A stretch of 64,000 nucleotides of DNA from an uncultured bacterium (GTDB taxonomy: Bacteria; Babelota; Babeliae; Babelales; Vermiphilaceae): positions 25,364-89,363 of the forward strand of contig CAWAHQ010000002.1 of NCBI GenBank assembly GCA_963781925.1. Reading direction: 5' to 3'. The notes beneath the pieces were generated by a model that had not been told where the DNA came from, did no database searches, and saw only the letters and a list, made by a program, of their open reading frames with translations. Of the stretch, positions 16,880-26,090 are shown one piece after another (within the stretch, counting starts at the first letter, position 1; every line of letters starts with the position of its first letter). Made by a program: the position numbers and the translations under genes.

Positions 16880-18017
16880 TGGTTACATCGGCTTTTTTAG
16901 TAAGGAATTCTGCAGCAATAGCATCGGCCTCCTGCTGCTTTTCTTCTATAAACTGAAGAAAATCATCTTGCAACACTTGTGGCATAATATAAGCATGATG
17001 TTTCAAACAATGCCCCGCCAATTGCATTGCTTGAGCAGACGATGGTAATTTTTCATATATTTTTTGAAGAAAATCTTGTCGCGATGCAATAAATTTACGT
17101 TGACGATCGGGATCATTGATCATAGCTATTATTTTAGCATCTTCTCGAATATTCAATGATGTTCTGCCTTCTACTGTCTGCAAGAGTTCACGTCCTTTGA
17201 GTGTTCTCAATAATTGTTTTATTTGGTAAACAACAAGACATGTTTGCAAATAACTATAAGCATCTTTTTCTCGACCAGCGCATGGCCAACCTATTTTTAC
17301 AAAGATATCAATCAATGCTTCATTATTTTCTGAATTTATAGATCCCGAAAAATTTTCAGCCTTGGCAGATTCTGTCTGACTATTGGAAACAGGCCAAACT
17401 TTTTCTGCTTTATTGCAAGCCTTTGTGGTTTGTGCATTTTGTTCGTTTAAATACTGCTTAAATAAATTTTTTAAAGGATCTGGCATTACCGATAAATGAT
17501 GTTCCATGCAATGTTCCACCAGTAGAACACCATCGGGCCTTGGCAAACATTTACCATAAGTAGTTTCAGTAGGATACAAACATTTATAAACTCGTATTAA
17601 ATAATTTACCCTGTTGCCAATAGTCTCAAGATCTTTGCATCGAAGTTCAAAAATGGGTTCTTTTGCTATCGTATTATATTTACCGAGAGATTTTGTCAAT
17701 TCAAGTTGTGCTATAGGATCAGAAACTGGGTAGCCCAATTTTCTAAACGCAGCGTCATTCGATGCTGCGTTATTAAAAGTTTCAGTAGCAGACGCCACCT
17801 TACTTGAAACAAAGTTCGCCATACCTGCCAATGTTGGCAAACCAAGAAAATAGACATTCTGTTCGATAGGAGATTGCCCTAAGGAAGAATTAAATTGATC
17901 TGCCATTTGAGTTGCTGAACTTGCATCATCTGCCTTTTTCGTATTCTCTGCACCGTATAAGCCACTCATCATTATCAACGAAAAAACCATTACCACTATC
18001 TTGCCATTCGTACTCAT
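16863..18017 (-). CDS. Hypothetical exported protein with an internally duplicated Cys/His motif
   Basis: Leader MSTNGKIVVMVFSLIMMSGLYGA. VEHCMEHHLSVMPDPLKNLFKQYLNEQ and AGHCLKHHAYIMPQVLQDDFLQFIEEKQ. Confidence 0.55.
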   Translation of the reverse strand: MSTNGKIVVMVFSLIMMSGLYGAENTKKADDASSATQMADQFNSSLGQSPIEQNVYFLGLPTLAGMANFVSSKVASATETFNNAASNDAAFRKLGYPVSDPIAQLELTKSLGKYNTIAKEPIFELRCKDLETIGNRVNYLIRVYKCLYPTETTYGKCLPRPDGVLLVEHCMEHHLSVMPDPLKNLFKQYLNEQNAQTTKACNKAEKVWPVSNSQTESAKAENFSGSINSENNEALIDIFVKIGWPCAGREKDAYSYLQTCLVVYQIKQLLRTLKGRELLQTVEGRTSLNIREDAKIIAMINDPDRQRKFIASRQDFLQKIYEKLPSSAQAMQLAGHCLKHHAYIMPQVLQDDFLQFIEEKQQEADAIAAEFLTKKADVTNVTKK

Positions 18018-18067
18018 ACAATTCCTTTTTTAAATATATTAAAAATTAATTTGCCAAATCATAACAT

Positions 18068-18108
18068 AAAAAAATGAGGCCAGAAAGATTTTCTGACCTC
18101 ATTTTTTT
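18068..18108. terminator. Hairpin plus T-run terminator (reads correctly on the minus strand, after ORF 18126..19232)
   Basis: ATGAGGCCAG...CTGACCTCAT flanked by A7 and T7. Confidence 0.55.
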
Positions 18109-18125
18109 AATTAACGATCTATTGC

Positions 18126-19232
18126 TTAAAAAGTAACGGTAACTGACACTTCTTCTACTGGTACATAGTAGACTGGCCGTGCGTACATTTTTTCACGCTC
18201 AATCCGATTATGTTCTACAAGAATTCTGTTTTGTTGTTCCAAAATACGTATACGTTCACGTTCAAGACGCGTTTGCTCTTCAATCGCTGCAATGCGCTGA
18301 CGCTCCAAACGTGCCTGTTCCCATTCATATAATTCTTGCTGATAACGCGGATCAGATACAATCAGATTTTTAATATACGTGAGTCTATTGAGCAATGTGT
18401 TTGTATCATTTTGAGCTGAAGAATACGTACGAGCAAGTGCATAGATACGCGAATTCACGTTGGCAATATCTGCTTCTATTTCTTTTACAAAATTCTTGAA
18501 TGCATATCTACTACCATCGCGGCTTATAATATACTGCTTTAATTCTGTTATTAAGGTATAACGTTCAGACGTAACAATATTTATTTCTTGTGCATAGCGC
18601 GTATGTGTTTTACCTATAGTATTACACAAAGCCAAATATGTTTTATGACATTCTAAACATTGTGCCAAAATAACTATATCGGCAAATAACTGATCAGATC
18701 GCTGCAACAGATTACGCATAGTTGCTAATCGCTTTTGATCTTCATAGTTATTATATTTACCTTCAAGATTATGAATACGTTTGCGTAAATCTTTTATGCA
18801 TGATTGCAACTTGTCTTTTGCTGCAAAAACGCCTGACATATAATCCTGCGGAGATACATTACCATTCCACAAAAATGTCGCAAACTCAAAGAGTGTCAAT
18901 TCTGGAATATAGGAAATAGGTCTGTGTGGCGCATGAATGCCAACCCCTGCACGAGGTCCAAAATAATCCATTGTCTGTTGATAATTGGCACTGATTACGT
19001 GATACTCATTGCCCACGCGCGCAATCAGCTGGTCATCTGTTTCAGAACAACACCAATCAGCTAAAGCCACTGCCCCTGCAACTCCGATAAGCGCAACGCC
19101 AACGGCACATGCTCCTGCGATAAAACCATCATGTTCATCTCGAGCAGACACATTGCCTACCGATAAAGATACCATCAATGGCACCATCAATAAGATCATA
19201 GTTCTTCTTTTCATCATCATTGTTCCCTTCAT
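18126..19232 (-). CDS. Hypothetical membrane protein: leader, long Gly/Ala hydrophobic segment, C-terminal coiled coil
   Basis: GFIAGACAVGVALIGVAGAVALADWCC. C-terminal QARLERQRIAAIEEQTRLERERIRILEQQNRILVEHNRIEREK. Confidence 0.55.
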   Translation of the reverse strand: MKGTMMMKRRTMILLMVPLMVSLSVGNVSARDEHDGFIAGACAVGVALIGVAGAVALADWCCSETDDQLIARVGNEYHVISANYQQTMDYFGPRAGVGIHAPHRPISYIPELTLFEFATFLWNGNVSPQDYMSGVFAAKDKLQSCIKDLRKRIHNLEGKYNNYEDQKRLATMRNLLQRSDQLFADIVILAQCLECHKTYLALCNTIGKTHTRYAQEINIVTSERYTLITELKQYIISRDGSRYAFKNFVKEIEADIANVNSRIYALARTYSSAQNDTNTLLNRLTYIKNLIVSDPRYQQELYEWEQARLERQRIAAIEEQTRLERERIRILEQQNRILVEHNRIEREKMYARPVYYVPVEEVSVTVTF

Positions 19233-19416
19233 ATTGAAGTATGCGATGGTTTACTATCCATTACAATGATACCATAGTTATTGATGGCCGTAAAAGGGGG
19301 CACATTTGTGAATTACAAATGGAAATGCATGTTGCAAAAGACGTAAATAATTGTATAATAAAAATACGACCTAAAACCATTCAAATACTAATATAGAAAT
19401 TTCTAAAAGCGTTATT

Positions 19417-20421
19417 ATGGCATTAAAAACACGTGTTTATCTGGTATTTCTTCTCTTAATTTGTGGCCAACAACCAATTAGCTGCTTTTCTTTCAGGCCC
19501 ACAATGCCCGTAAGCACTACTGATTTTACAGCCTTTTGCACGCGTCTAATTGATGGAATCCAAAATCATCCGTATCTCACTGGTTGCTTGGTAACAGTAA
19601 GTTGGATACTCTACAGTGTAATTAAATTTAATCGTAAGAAAATAGCCCGCGAACAAACAAAAAAAAATGTATCCAAGGCAGAAAATGTATCCAAGGCAAA
19701 ATCTGATTCACCTGACTTACAAGCCAGAGAAAGAATTTTAAGTTCATATTTAAGCAAAATAAAGGTTGATCCATTAGTTACGGTAAAAAAGCTCGCCGAA
19801 CTCACCCCTCTAGCCTATCCTGATGAACTTAGGTATCTCATTGAGCTCGCTGACCATTTTCAGCAAGAAGACGATCTCGCCAATAAATCACAAAAACCTT
19901 CTTGTATTAGCCCCGAAGCATTCCTGGTTGCTCTTGAGCAAAACAGAGCTAATAAAGTTACCGCTATCATCACTGAACAAATCCGGCAACAAGACACTTC
20001 TGTGAAAACGATGTGCAAAGGTATACGGACATTAGAAAAGTTCAATTGTTTGATAGACTGTTCAGCTGAAAATATCATTGATTCAGTTAAACACATACCC
20101 CACTTTGAGATAAAAGAAATTGTCATAAAAACTATCACAATATATAAGGATACTTATCAAGATGGGCCTCCTCGCAAGCCAACGAATGTCACTCCATGCC
20201 TTATTCAAGCAATTGCCGAGCTGGATCTCTCTTGGGAAAATAGAAAAAAAAGACAATTTGTAAGAGACTGCTGCATTATGTATAATCTCCCTGCGCTTTC
20301 ACCAACTATAACATTTCCTACAAAAAAACTGTCAGAAATAATGGATTTTATGAAAAAATGCGCCTTTGATAAACAGCACAATAAGCCCCAGCAACTTCTC
20401 TTAACATATCCTGAAAAATAA
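19417..20421 (+). CDS. Hypothetical membrane-anchored protein
   Basis: 334-aa ORF with an N-terminal leader and a second hydrophobic segment. Contains an 18-bp in-frame tandem duplication at 19666-19701. Confidence 0.5.
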   Translation: MALKTRVYLVFLLLICGQQPISCFSFRPTMPVSTTDFTAFCTRLIDGIQNHPYLTGCLVTVSWILYSVIKFNRKKIAREQTKKNVSKAENVSKAKSDSPDLQARERILSSYLSKIKVDPLVTVKKLAELTPLAYPDELRYLIELADHFQQEDDLANKSQKPSCISPEAFLVALEQNRANKVTAIITEQIRQQDTSVKTMCKGIRTLEKFNCLIDCSAENIIDSVKHIPHFEIKEIVIKTITIYKDTYQDGPPRKPTNVTPCLIQAIAELDLSWENRKKRQFVRDCCIMYNLPALSPTITFPTKKLSEIMDFMKKCAFDKQHNKPQQLLLTYPEK

Positions 20422-20484
20422 ACAATCGTATAAGTGCATTCGCCCTCATACCATAGAGTAAGATGCAATTACACGATTGTTGTA

Positions 20485-21813
20485 TTATTTTCTCATGAAC
20501 GTAGGTACATCAAGATCTTTCGAATCCACCGCACAACTAAACGTAGAACTTTTATCAAAAAAACCATCTTGTTGCTTCGGTGCCGCGTCCGCCGTCATGT
20601 CCGCCGTAGCCTTGGCAGAGGAGGAAGCCTTGGCAAAGGAGGATTCTTCTTCAAGCTCAAACATCATTTCTTCTTCATTTTCTGCCATCATCTCCATTGG
20701 CTCAATTTCTCTGATCAAAGGAAGCGATTCTGCTATGATTTCCGGCTCCTGCTGAACTGATGCAGCAGCGGCCGCCATCACCACTTCTTCTTTCTGAACC
20801 TGAACCACCAATGGTTCGATAACAATTTCTTGCATAACAGTAGGACGTTCAAAATCAGTTGCTATGATAGTGACAATCACTTCATCATGTAAACTATCAT
20901 CAATCACTGAACCAATAATAATATTTGCATCTTCATGCGCTTGTTCATATACAACGGAAGCAGCCTCACTAATTTCATGTAAACCAAGATTGCTGCCACC
21001 AGTAATATTACAGAGTACAGCATGCGCACCTACAATACTCATGTTTTCAAGCAATGGTGAAGATATTGCTTCAAGAGCTGCTTGAAACGCACGCCCCTTG
21101 CCAGATGCTTTACCAGTGCCCATTACCGCAAGACCGCGATCTTTCATAATGGTACGAATATCAGCATAATCAACATTGATATGTCCTGGACGCGTAATAA
21201 TATCAGAAAGTCCACGTACCGATTGGCTTAAAACACCTTCATTGATCATTGCAAAAGCATCCGTCATAGAAACTTCTGGACCTACCATTTCAAGTAATTT
21301 TTGATTTGGTATAACAATCAGCGCATCAACATCTTGTTTAAGTTTTTCGATAGCATTGCTGGCCACTGCCGCACAACGCTTGCCTTCAAATAAAAAAGGT
21401 CGCGTTACAATTGCGATAACTAAAATTCCTTTATCTCGCAATGCACGCGCAATGACCGGCAACCCGCCTGAACCAGTACCACCGCCCATTCCACCGACGA
21501 TAAATACAATGTCTGCACCACTAATTGCATCCATCACTTTATCCAAGTCTTCCTCTGCAGCTCGTTTCCCCATTTCTGGATTCGCTCCAGCCCCTAACCC
21601 TTTTGTTGACTTAACGCCGATCTGGATTTTATGTTGCGCTTTGGAAAATTCCAATGCTTGCGCGTCAGTATTTGCAACAACAAAACCAATTCCTTGACAT
21701 CCTGATTCGATAATACTATTTACCGCATTACCACCAGCGCCGCCGACACCAATAACTTTGATTGATACCATTGATTTCTGACGCTGTAATGCTTCTTGTT
21801 CAAACTCTATCAT
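20485..21813 (-). CDS. ftsZ: Cell division GTPase FtsZ with a repeat-derived segment in the C-terminal linker
   Basis: GVGGAGGNAVN, GGGTGSGG (tubulin signature), C-terminal FtsA-binding peptide DLDVPTFMRK. Confidence 0.95.
   Translation of the reverse strand: MIEFEQEALQRQKSMVSIKVIGVGGAGGNAVNSIIESGCQGIGFVVANTDAQALEFSKAQHKIQIGVKSTKGLGAGANPEMGKRAAEEDLDKVMDAISGADIVFIVGGMGGGTGSGGLPVIARALRDKGILVIAIVTRPFLFEGKRCAAVASNAIEKLKQDVDALIVIPNQKLLEMVGPEVSMTDAFAMINEGVLSQSVRGLSDIITRPGHINVDYADIRTIMKDRGLAVMGTGKASGKGRAFQAALEAISSPLLENMSIVGAHAVLCNITGGSNLGLHEISEAASVVYEQAHEDANIIIGSVIDDSLHDEVIVTIIATDFERPTVMQEIVIEPLVVQVQKEEVVMAAAAASVQQEPEIIAESLPLIREIEPMEMMAENEEEMMFELEEESSFAKASSSAKATADMTADAAPKQQDGFFDKSSTFSCAVDSKDLDVPTFMRK
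20582..20643. repeat. GC-rich family-4-like segment inside the ftsZ linker (encodes SSFAKASSSAKATADMTADAA)
   Basis: GCCGCGTCCGCCGTCATGTCCGCCGTAGCCTTGGCAGAGGAGGAAGCCTTGGCAAAGGAGGA. The AGCCTTGGC(A/G) core is shared with 6403, 22000, 41110 and 61133. Confidence 0.5.
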
Positions 21814-21909
21814 ATCAGCTCCTTTAGTTAACCCTATGTTCGCACACGGGGATTCCGTTTAAGATCTTATAACTTGGACCTTGAGCATTTCTTAGTTGAT
21901 CTCTTTCCT

Positions 21910-22076
21910 GCGCTCATCCTGATGCTTCGACTATGCTCAGCAGTAAACACCCGCCTGCCCTCCGACCGCGTGCGCCATAGCCTTTTGGCGACGGCGTAAG
22001 CCTTGGCGAAGGACGGGTTGAAGGATTTCCTCGAGCGCTCGAAGATATCCTTCAACAAGTTCAGGATGAGCGCGGG
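21910..22076. repeat. Composite element between ftsA and ftsZ: family-1 arms enclosing a family-4 module
   Basis: GCGCTCATCCTGA at 21910 pairs with TTCAGGATGAGCGCGGG ending at 22076. Internal GTGCGCCATAGCCTTTTGGCGACGGCGTAAGCC matches 61125-61156. Confidence 0.75.
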
Positions 22077-22113
22077 AAAAAATATACATATCAGGAGGAT
22101 TTTAATAACTTGC

Positions 22114-23346
22114 CTAAAAAAAGTCTGCAACCCAGGACTTCATTCGTTCAAAAACACGTCGCGTCAATGGCTCATCTTGTAGCTGTTTTTTTACTTTCTT
22201 TTCTCGTTGCAACACATGCACCAGCAATCCGTATCCGGTGGCATACAGTGGACTTTGCAATGTTTCGACTAAATCAAAAAGCACACGTGGCTTTCCAATG
22301 CGTACCGGACAATCAAAAATTTCTTCAGCCAATTCGCGTGCACCGGTGAGCAATGAACCACCGCCAGTGAGCACCAATCCATTTGTCATAAACTGCTGTA
22401 ACTTATTTTTGTGTATGTCCGCGTTCACTAATTCGAACAATTCTCTCATGCGTGATTCAATGATAAGAACAAGATCAGAAAGGCGAACAACCTGTAAATC
22501 TTCTCCCTGCATCATTTCAACTTCAATCAGTTCTTCAGTTTCAATAAGACTACTAATTGCAAATCCATATCGTCTTTTAATTCGCTCCGCTTCTTCTTTC
22601 ATAATTCGCAATCCAATTGCAATATCATTGGTCACATGATTTCCTGCTACCGGTAAAACCATCGTATGCCTTACTGCAGCATTTTTATAAAACGCTACAT
22701 CAGAAGTCCCACCGCCGATATCAATCATCCCGACCCCTAATTCTCGCTCATCTTCACTCAAAACAGCATCAGCTGAAGCAAGTTGCTCTAATATAATATC
22801 AGCGACCTGAATGCCAGCTGCTTGACAACAATTTAATAAATTTTGCACCGATGATACTGATCCCATGATAATATGTGCCTGCACTTCAAGGCGCACACCA
22901 TGCATACCAATAGGGTCTTGCACTTGATCTGTTCCATCGATAATAAAATATTGTGGCATAACATGTAAAATTTGACGCCCTTCAGGAATTGCTATCGCTT
23001 GCGCTGCTTCCAAAACAATATCAACATCCGTTTGTTTAATTTGCCCGTGTTTAATAGACGCCATCCCAGTTGAATTGATTGAGCTAATGTGAGCACCTGA
23101 AATACCGATGTATGCTGCTTCTATGGGAAAACCTGCCATCATTTCTGCTTCTTTAACGGCAGTTGTAATAGAATTGATTGTTTTTGCAACATCAACAACA
23201 ACTCCTTTTTTCAATCCATGCGATGGAGATTTACCAATGCCGATAATATCAATCTGATCACCCATCTTACACGCTACCAAAACACAGATTTTTGTCGTGC
23301 CGATATCAATTGATGTGATGATATTTTCTTTAATAAGTCTTGCCAT
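22114..23346 (-). CDS. ftsA: Cell division protein FtsA
   Basis: SIDIGTTKICVLV, DIGGGTSDVA, LTGGGSLL (actin-fold ATPase). ATG at 23346 after AAGGGGG. The ORF-track start at 23370 adds 8 codons. Confidence 0.9.
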   Translation of the reverse strand: MARLIKENIITSIDIGTTKICVLVACKMGDQIDIIGIGKSPSHGLKKGVVVDVAKTINSITTAVKEAEMMAGFPIEAAYIGISGAHISSINSTGMASIKHGQIKQTDVDIVLEAAQAIAIPEGRQILHVMPQYFIIDGTDQVQDPIGMHGVRLEVQAHIIMGSVSSVQNLLNCCQAAGIQVADIILEQLASADAVLSEDERELGVGMIDIGGGTSDVAFYKNAAVRHTMVLPVAGNHVTNDIAIGLRIMKEEAERIKRRYGFAISSLIETEELIEVEMMQGEDLQVVRLSDLVLIIESRMRELFELVNADIHKNKLQQFMTNGLVLTGGGSLLTGARELAEEIFDCPVRIGKPRVLFDLVETLQSPLYATGYGLLVHVLQREKKVKKQLQDEPLTRRVFERMKSWVADFF

Positions 23347-23424
23347 ACTACCCCCTTTATTATACCCCAACTACGTTAACATTTATTGGGGTCCCTTTTT
23401 TTAACAATGCTGTATTATTCAGTT

Positions 23425-23580
23425 CCGTTCGCCCTGAGTGTTTTCCGAAGTTCCTACGCAGGAAAATGTATCGAAGGGTTGATTTTATGGATAATTCTTT
23501 CACATTGCTTTTAAACAAAATTAAAGAAGAATTACCCTTCGATACATTTTTTGAGGACAAAAAACACTCAGGGCGAACGG
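23425..23580. repeat. Family-2 MITE-like element (~155 bp) between ftsQ and ftsA
   Basis: Terminal IR CCGTTCGCCCTGAGTG / CACTCAGGGCGAACGG, inner IR GTATCGAAGGGT / ACCCTTCGATAC, AT-rich centre. Confidence 0.85.
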
Positions 23581-23644
23581 AACTTGAGCTATAATTTTTA
23601 TTATTAAGTTTACAGTGTTGTCCCATTTTTTAACTCCCGCAAAT

Positions 23645-24337
23645 TTATGCCCTATATGCGATAATATAATCAGCAAACCTTGTATCGGCTGCCCATTGCG
23701 AATTTTTATCAAATTTTTTTCGTGCATCAAGATTTTTTTTCACTAAATTACATTGGCTCAAAAGAGCCGCCATGTTTTTCTGCGCAGCAGAAGAAACAAT
23801 CGAAAACTGTGGTTTATCTTTATCAGTAAGACGAATCGTATGTTCACTTTCTAAACGAAGATTATAGTGCTGGTCAAAATCGGACGGCAATGCATGCAAG
23901 AGAGATAATAAATGCGAAACTGCGTGATTGAGATAATGCGGAGCAACGGCAACAGAAGGAATAGTAGAACACATATCATCAGAAAAATTATCTTTGGGAA
24001 AAAGCTCACCATTGCCGGTAATAACTAAAGAATTATTGATGCAACAGAGAGGCTTATGGGCATAGAGTGATATCTGGGTACGCATTGGACTATATGATAA
24101 TACAATGTTGTTTAAGATGGGAAATTGTTTCTGCAATTGTGTAATTATTGAATGAGCAGAATTATTATCACGTAATAAATTACCAACGACAGTCTCAATC
24201 AAAGAAAAGTAATCGGGAGCGATGATTCCTGTCTGAGAACAATGATATTCTTTCACTGCAAAAAGCGAGGTTGAATTCCATCTCAGCACAGCAAAAATTA
24301 TTATTAAGCAGAGACCGGCTATTATTATTTTTTTCAT
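23645..24337 (-). CDS. ftsQ: FtsQ-like cell division protein (single N-terminal TM)
   Basis: Sits immediately upstream of ftsA-ftsZ on the same strand. N-terminal TM IIIAGLCLIIIFAVL; size 230 aa. Weak sequence signal, so the call rests mainly on synteny. Confidence 0.5.
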   Translation of the reverse strand: MKKIIIAGLCLIIIFAVLRWNSTSLFAVKEYHCSQTGIIAPDYFSLIETVVGNLLRDNNSAHSIITQLQKQFPILNNIVLSYSPMRTQISLYAHKPLCCINNSLVITGNGELFPKDNFSDDMCSTIPSVAVAPHYLNHAVSHLLSLLHALPSDFDQHYNLRLESEHTIRLTDKDKPQFSIVSSAAQKNMAALLSQCNLVKKNLDARKKFDKNSQWAADTRFADYIIAYRA

Positions 24338-24410
24338 TTAACCTTCCTTGCTAAAAGCAACCCCATTGCTTTTTTCTTACTCTTTTGGGAGGCAAATAGT
24401 CAATAAAAAT

Positions 24411-24442
24411 ACCCCAATTTCGCTATTGCTCAATTGGGGACC
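24411..24442. repeat. Family-3-like hairpin
   Basis: ACCCCAATTTCGCTATTGCTCAATTGGGGACC. Confidence 0.45.
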
Positions 24443-24516
24443 TCTGTTTTTATTCAATTTAATGCATAATTAAAATGACTAATAAGAACCAAGTCTATTA
24501 TAGTAATAATAATATT

Positions 24517-25257
24517 CTAAATATTTTTCTGCTGACTGGAAATTAAGAAAAGTAAGATTCCTGCCGCTACTGAAGCGTTATAAGAAATGTCACTTGATTT
24601 TTGAGGCAAGGTTACATGGATACCAGAAGATAAAATTGATTTAGAAATACCACTACCTTCACCACCAATTACTGCACATAGTGGGTTTTGGTAGTCGCAC
24701 TTTGTAGCATCTTTGCCATCAAAAGTCGCCAAATAAATAGTGTATCCAGCATTTTTCAGCTCTGTAACAGCAGCCGCAGCAGATTGGGCTGCATAAATTT
24801 CAAGATGCTCACTTAACCCAGCAGACGATTTGATTGCAATACCCGTCAATTGTGCACCACCACGTTTAATGACAATGGCACCATCAACGCCAGTACAATA
24901 TGCTGAACGCAAAATAGCGCCTAAGTTACGCGGATCTTGAACCCCATCAATCATCACTAAGAATTTATGCTTTTTAGGATCAAAGAAAACTTTTCGGAAA
25001 GGAAAAAGATGCGTCCAAGCAACAACACCTTGATGATCAGTGGTACCTGCCATACGATCAAGAACATCACGGGTAACGTATTGTATTGCCACTGGGTATT
25101 TTGGCCATACCTTTTGAATATCTTCAAATGCTTGTGGTGTTGGCTTGGTGGTATAGATTGAAATGAGCTTGCGACGCTTAGCTTTAAGCAGCTCTACGAC
25201 GGGATTAATCCCAAAAATAAGTTCGCCTTTAACTTCTTTATCTTTTTTCTTAATCAT
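24517..25257 (-). CDS. rlmB: 23S rRNA 2-prime-O-ribose methyltransferase, SpoU/TrmH family (RlmB-like)
   Basis: GINPVVELL, GVQDPRNLGAILRSA, IGGEGSGIS, SLNASVAAGI-like SYNASVAAGI. The start is taken at M17 (25257) because the ORF-track ATG at 25305 lies inside a repeat. Confidence 0.8.
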   Translation of the reverse strand: MIKKKDKEVKGELIFGINPVVELLKAKRRKLISIYTTKPTPQAFEDIQKVWPKYPVAIQYVTRDVLDRMAGTTDHQGVVAWTHLFPFRKVFFDPKKHKFLVMIDGVQDPRNLGAILRSAYCTGVDGAIVIKRGGAQLTGIAIKSSAGLSEHLEIYAAQSAAAAVTELKNAGYTIYLATFDGKDATKCDYQNPLCAVIGGEGSGISKSILSSGIHVTLPQKSSDISYNASVAAGILLFLISSQQKNI

Positions 25258-25296
25258 GAGTATCTCTTTATGTTTTAATGTCTTATCTTTATATGA

Positions 25297-25329
25297 GGTC
25301 CCCATTAGAAATGAAATGGAGAATGGGGT
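25297..25329. repeat. Family-3 hairpin element
   Basis: GGTCCCCATTAGAAATGAAATGGAGAATGGGGT. Confidence 0.65.
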
Positions 25330-25360
25330 TAAAAATAAGCCTCGATTACCGAGGCTTATT
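25330..25360 (-). terminator. Terminator after ORF 25391..26047
   Basis: ATAAGCCTCG-ATTAC-CGAGGCTTAT with a T-run on the minus strand. Confidence 0.5.
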
Positions 25361-25390
25361 TATTATATCATATTTGTAGAAAATTATCAG

Positions 25391-26047
25391 TTATACTTGA
25401 ACTTCAAGTTCAGCTATTTTGGCATTCAGCAAATCAATCATTGGCCAATTATCCATTAACATTTCTGGATGCCAAAGGTAGATATCGAGTATTTCTTTAA
25501 AGATATTTCTTATCGTCTCCTCAGCCATTTTTTCTCCAAAGGTATCTTTTTGACTGAACTGCAGAGAATATTCTTGATATGTTTTTTCAAAAATAGGAAC
25601 AAATAGTTCAAATAATTCCTGTTTTGTATCCTCACTAATTTCCACAGGATCTTGTGCTTGCAGATCGCCTTCGACCGAAACTAATGTATTCATTCTTTGA
25701 TAAGTCGGCAAATTATCAAATTTATTTTGAATCTGATAAAAAGACAATGATATATTATCGCATACTACGTCGAATTCAGGACGCACTATTTCATCAGTTA
25801 CAATCCTCTGCAAAGTTTTAGCTTTATTATAAAATTCGCTTATAAGTGTTGCAAAAAAATTATATCTTGCCATTTCTTCTTGAGAAAACTCAGAAAATCG
25901 ACTTGATCGATTCTCATCAATAATAGATATCAATTGTGATCTAATATTTTTCAAATGCCCCAAAAGTTGAGCATCGCTCACCTCTGTATTGGCACATGCC
26001 GAACCCACAAAACTCATCAAAATCGTCATCAATAACATCTTTTTCAT
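25391..26047 (-). CDS. Hypothetical exported protein, tandem paralog 1
   Basis: MKKMLLMTILMSFVGSACANTEVSDAQLLGHLKNI. Colinear with the next ORF. Confidence 0.55.
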   Translation of the reverse strand: MKKMLLMTILMSFVGSACANTEVSDAQLLGHLKNIRSQLISIIDENRSSRFSEFSQEEMARYNFFATLISEFYNKAKTLQRIVTDEIVRPEFDVVCDNISLSFYQIQNKFDNLPTYQRMNTLVSVEGDLQAQDPVEISEDTKQELFELFVPIFEKTYQEYSLQFSQKDTFGEKMAEETIRNIFKEILDIYLWHPEMLMDNWPMIDLLNAKIAELEVQV

Positions 26048-26090
26048 GAAATTTCCCTAAATTATATAATCGCTATTTATTCGCAAATTC

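Noticed and set aside
21867-22130. 87-aa ORF between ftsA and ftsZ.
   Set aside because: It is composed of the composite family-1/family-4 element (it reads PALILNLLKD from the palindrome arm) and is therefore non-coding repeat.
20434-22639. Multiple ORFs antisense to ftsZ and ftsA: 20434, 20477, 20864, 21356, 22110 and 22238.
   Set aside because: They are shadow ORFs opposite strongly conserved genes, Ser/Ala/Pro-rich as expected from antisense reading.
23340-23626. ORFs 23340..23594 (+) and 23360..23626 (-).
   Set aside because: Both read through the family-2 element in opposite directions (both contain SGRTEL / VRPECF from the terminal repeats). They are mirror-image artefacts of a palindrome.
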